The translations under genes were made by a program, and so were the position numbers. This document shows positions 48,455-56,137 of a stretch of 64,000 nt of DNA, one piece after another. The notes beneath the pieces are model-generated. The model made no database searches and was not told where the DNA came from. It saw only the letters and a list, made by a program, of their open reading frames with translations. How positions within the stretch are numbered: position 1 is the stretch's first letter; every line of letters starts with the position of its first letter. Origin of the DNA: an uncultured bacterium (lineage in GTDB: Bacteria; Patescibacteriota; Minisyncoccia; Phycocordibacterales; UBA6065); the NCBI GenBank assembly GCA_963841935.1, contig CAWJEP010000004.1, forward strand, positions 14,975 through 78,974. Reading direction: 5' to 3'.

Positions 48455-48640
48455 GGGTCAGAGAAGTGGTGTTCTATAAACCATTTTAAGGGATAGTCGT
48501 ATCGTGATGAGTTCAGTGAGCACCTTCGGGAGTTCTAAGAAACATTCGTGTGACAACCCACCTAGATTTTCTAGGGCGACCACTTCATGACCCCTCGAAA
48601 AAGCCCGATTTGCCCGCCGGCAAATCGGGCTTTTTCATTT
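48455..48640 (+). ncRNA. candidate structured 5' leader (riboswitch- or attenuator-like) ending in an intrinsic terminator just before the 48657 gene
   Basis: Possible TATAAT at 48444-48449. Long-range closing stem GGGTCAGAGAAGTGGT (48454-48469) with ACCACTTCATGACCC (48580-48594). Terminator aaaagcccgatttgcccgccggcaaatcgggcttttt at 48598-48636, 20 nt before the start codon. Confidence 0.35.
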
Positions 48641-48656
48641 CTGCTATACTTTCTCA

Positions 48657-49055
48657 ATGTTTTGGAATAAATATCTCTTGCCGTCCATCGTCGTGTTGCT
48701 TTGTATGGCCACGCTTCATCTTTTGTTCATTAAATTCTACATATATTGGACACTGCGATGGGTGGACATTCCGGTTCACATCCTCGCCGGAATTTGGGTA
48801 GTCCTGACTTTGGCGTGGATTCTCGGATGGTTAAAACCGGAGATTGAAATTCCTTTTTTTCGCGCGATTATTTGGGGACTCATCGTCGGCGGTCTTTGGG
48901 AAATCGGCGAACTAACGCTCGGAATCAATTTGGCGACCGCTCATGGATATGTCGCCGACACGATAAAAGATTTGACCGACGATGTTATCGGCGCCGCTTG
49001 CGGATTTTTCGTTGTATCATGGATGAATCGGAACAACGGCTTAAAAAACAAATGA
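48657..49055 (+). CDS. hypothetical polytopic membrane protein
   Basis: 132 aa with four TM helices. Stop overlaps the next start (ATGA). Confidence 0.5.
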   Translation: MFWNKYLLPSIVVLLCMATLHLLFIKFYIYWTLRWVDIPVHILAGIWVVLTLAWILGWLKPEIEIPFFRAIIWGLIVGGLWEIGELTLGINLATAHGYVADTIKDLTDDVIGAACGFFVVSWMNRNNGLKNK

Positions 49056-50425
49056 AACCATTTGGAAAAATAACATTTCTCGGCGGTGCGGGGGAAGCGA
49101 CGGGTTCCCATTTTATTTTTGACGTTTTGGGACATAGATACGCTGTAGATTGCGGCATAGTCCAAGGCGAAAGGTTCGCCAACGAAGAAAATTCAAAAGT
49201 TTTTCCGTACGACGTGTCGAAACTCGAAGCTTTAATCGTCACCCACGCTCACACCGACCACATCGGCAGGATTCCGAAACTCGTGGCTCAAGGTTTCAAG
49301 GGACCGATTTATTCCACGGCGGCGACGAAAGAACTTTCTTCCGCTACTTTCGACGACGCGGTAAAAATAATGACGATGGAGGCCCGAGAACTTCACAAAG
49401 AACCTCTTTATACTGGAGCAGATGTCGCGGCGGCGCTTTCGGTGTGGAAAACGGTAGATTATCACGCGCCACTGACGCTCGCACAGGGAATATCTTTCGA
49501 ACTGAAAGATTCCGGACACATTTTGGGTTCAGCGATTGTCGAGTTCTCTGTGCAATCCGAAGAAAAAATCCATAAAGTCGTCTTTACCGGCGACCTTGGC
49601 AATTCGCCATCGCTTCTTTTGCCTGATACCGAAGTCATAAATGACGCGGAGTATATGGTTATGGAAAGCGTTTATGGCGACAGGAACCATGAGCCGGCGG
49701 CCGAGCGCGACGAGACTTTCGCTAAAGCGGTCGTCGAGACAATCGCGCGAGGCGGCACGGTCATCATTCCGGCTTTTTCCATCGAACGGACGCAAGTTTT
49801 GCTCTACAGCATCGAGAAACTTTTTGAAAGCGGCAGACTTCCGAGCGTGCCGGTATTTCTCGACTCACCGCTCGCTTTAAAGGTGACGCACGTCTATGAA
49901 GAGAATACGAATCTTTTTAACGACGCGGCGCGACAAGCGGCACAGGGCCACGACCTTTTCAATTTCAAAAATCTGACGGTAGTCCGAACACCGGTGGAAT
50001 CGGCGGCGATTCACGAAAACCAGGGACCGAAAATAATTCTAGCGGGAAGCGGTATGTCGGTGGGCGGCCGAGTAATCTCTCACGAAAAGTATTATCTGGG
50101 TGACGCGAACTCCGCCATCGTATTTGTCGGCTACCAAGCCGCCGGTTCGCTTGGTCGTCGCATTGCCGACGGAGAAAAAAATGTGACAATCGACAATGTT
50201 CCCGTGACTATCCGCGCCAAAATTGTCCAAATCGACGGCTTCTCGGCGCATAAAGACAGCGACCACCTCCTCGAATTTGTTTCTCATTCGCAGAAAACGC
50301 TCAAAAAAGTTTTCGTCTGTATGGGCGAGCTTTCAAGTGAGACGTTTCTTGCTCAAAAAATCAGGGACAATTTAAATATCATCGCCGTCGTGCCCGAAGA
50401 AGGAAGCAATGCAGAGCTTGAATAA
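49052..50425 (+). CDS. metallo-beta-lactamase-fold beta-CASP ribonuclease (RNase J-like)
   Basis: ITFLGGAGEATGSHFIFD…VDCG…ALIVTHAHTDHIGRIPKL (HxHxDH) followed by beta-CASP region. The true start is the internal MKPFGK; track ORF 48872..50425 is over-extended. Confidence 0.65.
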   Translation: MKPFGKITFLGGAGEATGSHFIFDVLGHRYAVDCGIVQGERFANEENSKVFPYDVSKLEALIVTHAHTDHIGRIPKLVAQGFKGPIYSTAATKELSSATFDDAVKIMTMEARELHKEPLYTGADVAAALSVWKTVDYHAPLTLAQGISFELKDSGHILGSAIVEFSVQSEEKIHKVVFTGDLGNSPSLLLPDTEVINDAEYMVMESVYGDRNHEPAAERDETFAKAVVETIARGGTVIIPAFSIERTQVLLYSIEKLFESGRLPSVPVFLDSPLALKVTHVYEENTNLFNDAARQAAQGHDLFNFKNLTVVRTPVESAAIHENQGPKIILAGSGMSVGGRVISHEKYYLGDANSAIVFVGYQAAGSLGRRIADGEKNVTIDNVPVTIRAKIVQIDGFSAHKDSDHLLEFVSHSQKTLKKVFVCMGELSSETFLAQKIRDNLNIIAVVPEEGSNAELE

Positions 50426-50448
50426 TTTTCTCGTGATATATTGAAATC

Positions 50449-51102
50449 ATGAAAAGGATATATCTCGTCCGCCATGGGGAAAGCGAGGGAAATCTCGGAC
50501 CGTTCCGGCAAGGAGCAGACACTCCACTCTCGCCGACAGGAATCAAGCAGGCGGAGTTTGTCGCAAAACGCTTTGAAGTCATTTCAATCGATCGGGTGAT
50601 TGCTAGTACTTACCAACGTGCCAAGCATACCGCTGAAATCATAAACAAAATCATCAACAAACCGATAGAATATTCGGATCTTATCGTGGAAAGAAAAAGG
50701 CCTTCCGTGATCGTCGGCAAGCTAAAAGATGATCCCGAGGTTCTCAAGATAGAAGCTCTTATAAAGGAACATTTTCATTCTCCTGACTGGAGGTATTCGG
50801 ACGAAGAAAGTTTCAGTGATCTCAAGAATCGAGCCCTTGAAACAATAAAATATTTAGAAGGGTGTAAAGAAGAAAATATACTTCTGGTCACTCACGGGAT
50901 CTTCTCCAGGATGATTGCCAGCTGCATTATCATGGGAAAAGAACTTACCTCTCATGAATATCATAATTTATCCTTATCTCTAACCACCGATAATACGGGC
51001 ATCTCATTGTTGGAGAGGTGGGATGAATCAAAATACGATCACCCGTGGACGATTGCCACGTGGAATGATCATGAACACATTGGGGACGGGGAGGAGATAT
51101 GA
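50449..51102 (+). CDS. histidine phosphatase family protein (phosphoglycerate-mutase-like)
   Basis: IYLVRHGESEGN (RHG motif) and LLVTHGIFSRMI (second catalytic His region). Confidence 0.75.
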   Translation: MKRIYLVRHGESEGNLGPFRQGADTPLSPTGIKQAEFVAKRFEVISIDRVIASTYQRAKHTAEIINKIINKPIEYSDLIVERKRPSVIVGKLKDDPEVLKIEALIKEHFHSPDWRYSDEESFSDLKNRALETIKYLEGCKEENILLVTHGIFSRMIASCIIMGKELTSHEYHNLSLSLTTDNTGISLLERWDESKYDHPWTIATWNDHEHIGDGEEI

Positions 51103-51116
51103 CTCAAAGAAATAAT

Positions 51117-51140
51117 AAAACCGCCTTGAGGCGGTTTTTT
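51117..51140 (+). terminator. rho-independent terminator after the phosphatase gene
   Basis: aaaaccgccttgaggcggtttttt. Confidence 0.6.
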
Positions 51141-51252
51141 CGTCTGTATGGGTGAGCCGAGTTCGGAAACTTTTCTCGCACAAAAAATCCGCGACAATTT
51201 AAATATCATCGCCGTCGTGCCGGAAGAGGGAAGCAGTGCTGATTTGATATAG
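51134..51252 (+). repeat. diverged direct repeat of the 3' end of the RNase J-like gene (copy of 50309..50425), retaining the encoded C-terminal peptide
   Basis: Encodes FVCMGEPSSETFLAQKIRDNLNIIAVVPEEGSSADLI-stop. The gene encodes FVCMGELSSETFLAQKIRDNLNIIAVVPEEGSNAELE-stop. About 25 of 115 nt differ, mostly at synonymous positions. Confidence 0.7.
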
Positions 51253-51282
51253 AAAAAAACCGCCCATCGGGCGGTTTTTTTA
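51253..51282. terminator. bidirectional terminator (shared with convergent rplT)
   Basis: aaaaaaaccgcccatcgggcggttttttta. Overlaps the rplT stop codon on the minus strand. Confidence 0.7.
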
Positions 51283-51624
51283 TTTCGCGTGTTCGACGAG
51301 ACGGTCGAAGATTTCCGGATTGTGTTCGGCGAGGTCGGCGAGGATTTTGCGGTCGATGATGATGTCTTTCTTTTTCATCGCGCCCATAAATTTGGAGTAG
51401 GAGAGACCCCTGGCGTCGAGGACGGCGTTGATTTTGATAATCCATTCAGAGCGTCTCGTGCCTTTTTTGTCGCGGCGGTCGCGAAAAGCGTTTGCCCCCG
51501 CGTGAAAGACGGCTTCTTGAGCGGCGCGTTCGTTCGTCGAACGGCGGAAGCGATAACCTTTCGTCATCTTGAGAAGATTTCGGCGGTATTTGAGAGCGTT
51601 TACTCCTTTTTTTACGCGTGCCAT
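51280..51624 (-). CDS. rplT: ribosomal protein L20
   Basis: MARVKKGVNALKYRRNLLKMTKGYRFRRST… matches L20. Confidence 0.9.
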   Translation of the reverse strand: MARVKKGVNALKYRRNLLKMTKGYRFRRSTNERAAQEAVFHAGANAFRDRRDKKGTRRSEWIIKINAVLDARGLSYSKFMGAMKKKDIIIDRKILADLAEHNPEIFDRLVEHAK

Positions 51625-51651
51625 AAAATTTAATTAAAAAATGATTGGAAA

Positions 51652-51843
51652 TTAAAAACCGACGAGAAAATGAGACTTTTCTTTATTGGGAATCTTTAGA
51701 TAAGCCGTGCGTCGCTTGTTCATGGTCGCGCGTCCGCTGTCCTTCGAATTGAAGTGGTTTTGGCCCGGCTTTCTAGCGAGAATCTTGCCGTTCTTCGTGA
51801 CTTTTAGGCGCTTCGTATATGATTTGCGGGTTTTTATCGACAT
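51652..51843 (-). CDS. rpmI: ribosomal protein L35
   Basis: MSIKTRKSYTKRLKVTKNGKILARKPGQNH. The track ORF is extended upstream to 51867. Confidence 0.8.
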   Translation of the reverse strand: MSIKTRKSYTKRLKVTKNGKILARKPGQNHFNSKDSGRATMNKRRTAYLKIPNKEKSHFLVGF

Positions 51844-52022
51844 TGTGTGGAAATAAAGACGCCCCAAAGGGCGATATAAATATATTACAGGAAAACGAAA
51901 AATTGTCCAATGAGTAGTAATACATTTGACATATTTTATTTATAGTTGTAGTTTCATTTCTAAAGGGATTATTTTTATCCTTTGTACCTTTCCAAACAAC
52001 CAAACAACCACCTGAAGTAACA

Positions 52023-52403
52023 ATGAGCTCAAAAAAATCGACCTGTTCTGATTTCATTTTAGCGGCTATAAGGCGACTTCGTCAGAATTCGACATGCTTA
52101 ACGCCGGGAACTGCCGGCGGTGTCGGTCTTCAGAGACTTTTTCCTCTTCTTTGCGAAATATATCCTCGACAAGAAGCTGAAAAGCACATTAACTTGTTGA
52201 TCAAGGGTGAATCTCTCGTATTGGTCTACAATTCGCCTTTGATGGGCGTGCCTCGGGAGAAGTTACCGAAATTACCCTTGAAACTTGTATCGGGCGAGAA
52301 TCATCGCTACCATTTGTACATCAAGGCCGATGGTTTGCCCAGAAAAGTTACCAAGATGAGTAACAGGCGAAAAATTGCCGAGGAGATTCTCGCCAGTCTT
52401 TAA
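52023..52403 (+). CDS. hypothetical protein encoded antisense within the infC-rpmI spacer
   Basis: 126-aa ORF with a Cys-containing N-terminus and its own terminator. It sits on the strand opposite the flanking infC and rpmI-rplT genes. Confidence 0.5.
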   Translation: MSSKKSTCSDFILAAIRRLRQNSTCLTPGTAGGVGLQRLFPLLCEIYPRQEAEKHINLLIKGESLVLVYNSPLMGVPREKLPKLPLKLVSGENHRYHLYIKADGLPRKVTKMSNRRKIAEEILASL

Positions 52404-52408
52404 ACCCA

Positions 52409-52439
52409 AAGCCGTCCTTTCAGCGGGGCGGCTTTTTTT
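52409..52439. terminator. hairpin terminator between convergent gene ends
   Basis: gccgtcctttcagcggggcggc followed by TTTTTTTA. Overlaps the infC stop codon. Confidence 0.45.
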
Positions 52440-52950
52440 ATGCTCTTTCAACTATGACGGAGAGACCTTTCGGGCCTTTCTGCGGCTTTTCGCTAATTTT
52501 ATATTTTTCAGTGAGAAGCACCAGCAGGCGTTCGAGGCGCTCTTCGAGAAATTTCGGGTCGAGATATTTGGCGCGGCCGGGAAGGAAAAGTTCGAGCTTG
52601 ATGCGGTGACCTTCGGCAAGCCACTCGCTAGCTTTCTTGGCTTTGAGGGCGAGGTCGTGTTCGCCGGTGCCGATTTTTACCTGCAGACTTTTGACTTCGA
52701 CTTCGTGGGTTTTTGATTTGGCAACCTTGGCGCGCTTGTTTTCTTCATACTGAAATTTTCCGAAATCCATTATTTTCGCTACGGGAGGGACAGCGTTCGG
52801 GGAAATCTCTATAAGGTCAAAACCGGCGTCGTGGGCGCGATTTAGGGCTTCCGAGAGGGGAATTACGCCTAGGTTTTCGCCCTCCGCTCCTATAACGCGG
52901 ACTTCGGTGGCTCTGATTTGATGGTTGACGCGGATTCGTTCTTTACTCAA
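52438..52950 (-). CDS. infC: translation initiation factor IF-3
   Basis: INHQIRATEVRVIGAEGENLGVIPLSEALNRAHDAGFDLIEISPNA…KFQYEENKR and C-domain EVKSLQVKIGTGEHDL. Confidence 0.85.
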   Translation of the reverse strand: MSKERIRVNHQIRATEVRVIGAEGENLGVIPLSEALNRAHDAGFDLIEISPNAVPPVAKIMDFGKFQYEENKRAKVAKSKTHEVEVKSLQVKIGTGEHDLALKAKKASEWLAEGHRIKLELFLPGRAKYLDPKFLEERLERLLVLLTEKYKISEKPQKGPKGLSVIVERA

Positions 52951-52958
52951 AAGGTTTT

Positions 52959-53729
52959 TTGTTTAGCCGTGATATCTTCTCATATTCAGGAGATTTTGCA
53001 ATTGGTATAATCTTTCCGATGTCTGACGTAACAATTCCAATCGCATTTCTCGCCGGACTCGTGTCATTTCTCTCGCCGTGCGTCTTGCCGATTATTCCGG
53101 GATTTCTGGCTTATCTCGCCGGCACGTCTACGGACGGAAAACAAAACAAGGCCGGAATATTTTTTCAAAGCTTGTGGTTCGTCGTCGGATTTTCCGTCGT
53201 CTTCGCGATTCTCGGCGTCCTTCTCAACACCGTTCTCGTGCATGTGGCGCAAAGCGTCGAGACGTGGCTCTCATACATCGGTGGCGCGATTGTAATTATT
53301 TTCGGACTTTACCTCACGGGACTTTTGCATATAGGATTTCTCGAAAATACTCACGTGATGCGCGTGGACACCAAATCAAAGCGGCCAAGATTCGTCACAT
53401 CGTTTCTTTTTGGTTTCGCTTTCGCCGCCGGCTGGACGCCGTGCGTCGGGGCGACTCTCGGCGCCATCATTGGTCTCGCCGCGACCTCTCCCGGCTCGGC
53501 CTTCGCACTCCTGTTTTCTTACGCCGTCGGCCTCGGCGTACCGTTTCTTCTCGTGGGGCTTTTCGCTTCGCAAGCGGCGGGTTTTTTCGAACGGCACACC
53601 GTGGGATTCTCCTATGTGAACAAAATTTTCGGCGCGCTTTTAATAATCATCGGCATTTTGGTTTTTACCGGTTCGCTTTCCGACATCGCCAATTTTAGTT
53701 TCGTCAATTCTTTAATCCTTCATCAATAA
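52959..53729 (+). CDS. ccdA: cytochrome c-type biogenesis / thiol-disulfide transporter CcdA (DsbD family)
   Basis: FLAGLVSFLSPCVLPIIPGFLAYLAG and a second conserved Cys region AGWTPCVGATLGAI. Confidence 0.75.
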   Translation: MFSRDIFSYSGDFAIGIIFPMSDVTIPIAFLAGLVSFLSPCVLPIIPGFLAYLAGTSTDGKQNKAGIFFQSLWFVVGFSVVFAILGVLLNTVLVHVAQSVETWLSYIGGAIVIIFGLYLTGLLHIGFLENTHVMRVDTKSKRPRFVTSFLFGFAFAAGWTPCVGATLGAIIGLAATSPGSAFALLFSYAVGLGVPFLLVGLFASQAAGFFERHTVGFSYVNKIFGALLIIIGILVFTGSLSDIANFSFVNSLILHQ

Positions 53730-54781
53730 TGAAAACTTCAAAAACTGTTTCGCTCATAGTAGTTTTGCTTCTAGTCGTTTCGGCAATAGCTTACATAGAA
53801 ATGAATAAGGTTTCAGGTGGCGTCTCCGTCGTCGGAAACGATTTTGCGAGCTCGACCGTCGCCATGGCTTCTTCTTCGCGCGCGACTCTCGTCGCGCAAA
53901 AGGCACTACAGTATCCGCGTGCCAAAGAGCTCGTGGATCCGACCGGTTTCATCAACACACCGAACGGTTTGCCCATTACCATTTCGCAATACATAGGCAA
54001 AGATGTTATTCTCGTCGATTTCTGGACATATAGCTGTATCAACTGCCAGCGCACCATTCCATATCTAAATACTTGGTATTCGAAATATCAAGGCGACGGT
54101 TTCGTCATCATCGGCGTTCACACTCCGGAGTTTGATTTTGAAAAAGACATAAATAATGTAAAAGCGGCGACGCAAGAATACGGCATAAAATATCCCGTTG
54201 TCCTCGACAGCGATATGGGCACATGGAACGCTTACGGCAATCTCTATTGGCCGCGGGAATATCTCATCGACATAGACGGTTTTATTCGCGAAGACCACAT
54301 CGGCGAAGGCGGTTATAGCGACACGGAACAGACGATTCAAAAACTTCTCATGGAACGCGCGGATGAGCTAGGGTTAAGCGCGAGCGGCATCGCCACCACG
54401 ACTGTTTCCAATCCCGCGCCCCAAATGCAGACCATAAGCCAGGAAACTTATTTCGGCGCCTATAGAAATACAAATCCCGACGGTTCGAGCAACGCTTCGT
54501 ATCTTTCGGGCGCGTGGAATATTTTGGACCAGTACGCCGAGACTTCCGGTCAGGCGAAACTCGTTTTTCCTTTCACGGCAAAATACGTCTACATTGTAGC
54601 TTCGTCCACTTTGCCGGCCGACGTGACGGTCAAAGTGGATGGAAAGGCGATAAACACCGTCGAAATATCGAACGCGCAGCTTTACACTCTCGTCTCGCAA
54701 TCTGATGTCGAATCCCACACTCTTGAACTCGACATACCGAAATCGGGCCTAGATGTTTTTACTCTGACTTTTGGTTCGTAA
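53729..54781 (+). CDS. thioredoxin-fold thiol-disulfide oxidoreductase (TlpA/ResA-like) with C-terminal extension
   Basis: Signal-anchor plus VILVDFWTYSCINCQRTIPYL (CxxC) and YPVVLD…NLYWPREYLIDIDGFIRE. Paired with ccdA. Confidence 0.7.
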   Translation: MKTSKTVSLIVVLLLVVSAIAYIEMNKVSGGVSVVGNDFASSTVAMASSSRATLVAQKALQYPRAKELVDPTGFINTPNGLPITISQYIGKDVILVDFWTYSCINCQRTIPYLNTWYSKYQGDGFVIIGVHTPEFDFEKDINNVKAATQEYGIKYPVVLDSDMGTWNAYGNLYWPREYLIDIDGFIREDHIGEGGYSDTEQTIQKLLMERADELGLSASGIATTTVSNPAPQMQTISQETYFGAYRNTNPDGSSNASYLSGAWNILDQYAETSGQAKLVFPFTAKYVYIVASSTLPADVTVKVDGKAINTVEISNAQLYTLVSQSDVESHTLELDIPKSGLDVFTLTFGS

Positions 54782-55208
54782 GCTCGTGTTTCTTGTGCAT
54801 CTCGAAGCTTAGAAAATAATTGGCGAGGAAATTCCAAACTCCCACGATGATGGCGGTGACGACTCGAGAGCGAATCGGCGGCACATGAAGGACAAAAGTA
54901 AAAATGAAAACCAGAGCGAGCGTCAGGATTAAACCAATGAGCGCCACAAACATGAAATACGCGTAGCCGTCCTTAAACTCTCGGTCGCTGTCTTTGAAGA
55001 CGAACATATGGACGGCGAAATATTGTATCGTCGTACCGATGACGAAAGTCACGCCGACGGCACAAAGATACCAAAATCCTCGCGTGTGCATGTGTCGCAG
55101 GAGAAATATGAGCGCGACCACTTCCAAAGCCGTCGTCAGTATTCCGGGAATTAAATATTTGAAAAAATCCTCTCCGAAAGTTCGTATGTTCATAGCGGGA
55201 ATCGCCAT
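54759..55208 (-). CDS. small membrane protein, possibly GtrA-like
   Basis: 149 aa with four TM helices, basic N-terminus and C-terminal charged tail. Weak family call. Confidence 0.4.
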   Translation of the reverse strand: MAIPAMNIRTFGEDFFKYLIPGILTTALEVVALIFLLRHMHTRGFWYLCAVGVTFVIGTTIQYFAVHMFVFKDSDREFKDGYAYFMFVALIGLILTLALVFIFTFVLHVPPIRSRVVTAIIVGVWNFLANYFLSFEMHKKHELTNQKSE

Positions 55209-55238
55209 TATAGCGAAAATTCCGTCTCAATACAATTA

Positions 55239-55644
55239 TGGTGGAGATGGGCGGAGTTGAACCGCCGTGCAGACGAGGACCTCATATGGTTCTACGCGAT
55301 GTAGAGATTTTCTTTTGTTTAAGCGTTCACGCTATGAAAGTCACAAAATACGTGGACGCCGATTTTCTTTCCGCTATTCGCGGTTCGGCCGTGCGTCGAA
55401 ACGCTGCACGTCTATTCCGGGCGGATGACGCTTGACTCACTTTTGTCCGGAAGTGTTGGTGAGAAGCGCCGTCTAGACGTAAATTACGCGTAGACAGGAG
55501 CAAAAGCGAAGGCTCCGAAAGGAGACGCTACGGATTTTGCTTTCGAAATGCTGTTTGCATTTGAATTTTCCGAAAGTTTAAAGAGTTCTCGGAGCTCTAT
55601 CGCGCGCATAAGAGGGGAATCGTCTGTCGATGCCTGTCATCCCC
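55239..55644 (-). ncRNA. ssrA: transfer-messenger RNA (tmRNA)
   Basis: Minus-strand 5' end GGGGATGACAGGCATCGACAGACGA follows the canonical GGGG.UGA…GG.UCGAC.G pattern. 3' end GGCGGTTCAACTCCGCC CATCTCC A CCA forms a T-arm plus acceptor strand complementary to 5' GGGGATG (one G-U pair). Internal candidate tag ORF GCA AAC AGC…GTC TAC GCG TAA. smpB lies immediately upstream on the same strand. Confidence 0.75.
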
Positions 55645-55653
55645 ATATGTAAA

Positions 55654-56097
55654 TTATTTTTTCAACGAACGACCGATGTCTCGCTCGGTATCGCGTTTCT
55701 TTATGGACTCTCTCTTGTCGAACTTTTTCTTGCCCCTGACGACACCGAGTGAGACTTTTATCTTACCATTTTTATTATACATCGACAAGGGTACTATTGT
55801 CAAACCTTTCTTGGAATCAACGACCGCGAGCGCGGCGATTTCTTTTTTCGAAAGCAAAAGGCGGCGAAGCCTTTCTGGCTCATAGTCGGCCGGAGTGTTG
55901 CCGGCTTGATAGGCAGGTATGGAAAGTCCGGAGAGAAAGGCTTCGCCGCCGCGGACGAGAACGTAACTGCCGTCGAGAGCCACGCTTTTCGTTCGGAGAG
56001 CTTTTACTTCGTGTCCGGCAAGCTCGATACCGGCTTCGACGGTGTCCAGGATTTCGTAATCAAAACGGACTTTTTTGTTCGTGGCGATATCGGGCAT
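55654..56097 (-). CDS. smpB: SsrA-binding protein
   Basis: MPDIATNKKVRFDYEILDTVEAGIELAGHEVKALR…GSYV…GLSIPAY matches SmpB. The track ORF is over-extended to 56259. Confidence 0.85.
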   Translation of the reverse strand: MPDIATNKKVRFDYEILDTVEAGIELAGHEVKALRTKSVALDGSYVLVRGGEAFLSGLSIPAYQAGNTPADYEPERLRRLLLSKKEIAALAVVDSKKGLTIVPLSMYNKNGKIKVSLGVVRGKKKFDKRESIKKRDTERDIGRSLKK

Positions 56098-56137
56098 AAG
56101 GAAAGTATAACAAAAAGAAAAATAGATATTTTTCTTT

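Noticed and set aside
55239-55266. tRNA 3' fragment (T-arm + acceptor + CCA), possibly an integrase attachment-site remnant
   Set aside because: No matching 5' acceptor strand within tRNA distance. A matching GGGGATG 5' end lies about 400 nt upstream, so the 3' piece is the tRNA-like domain of tmRNA.
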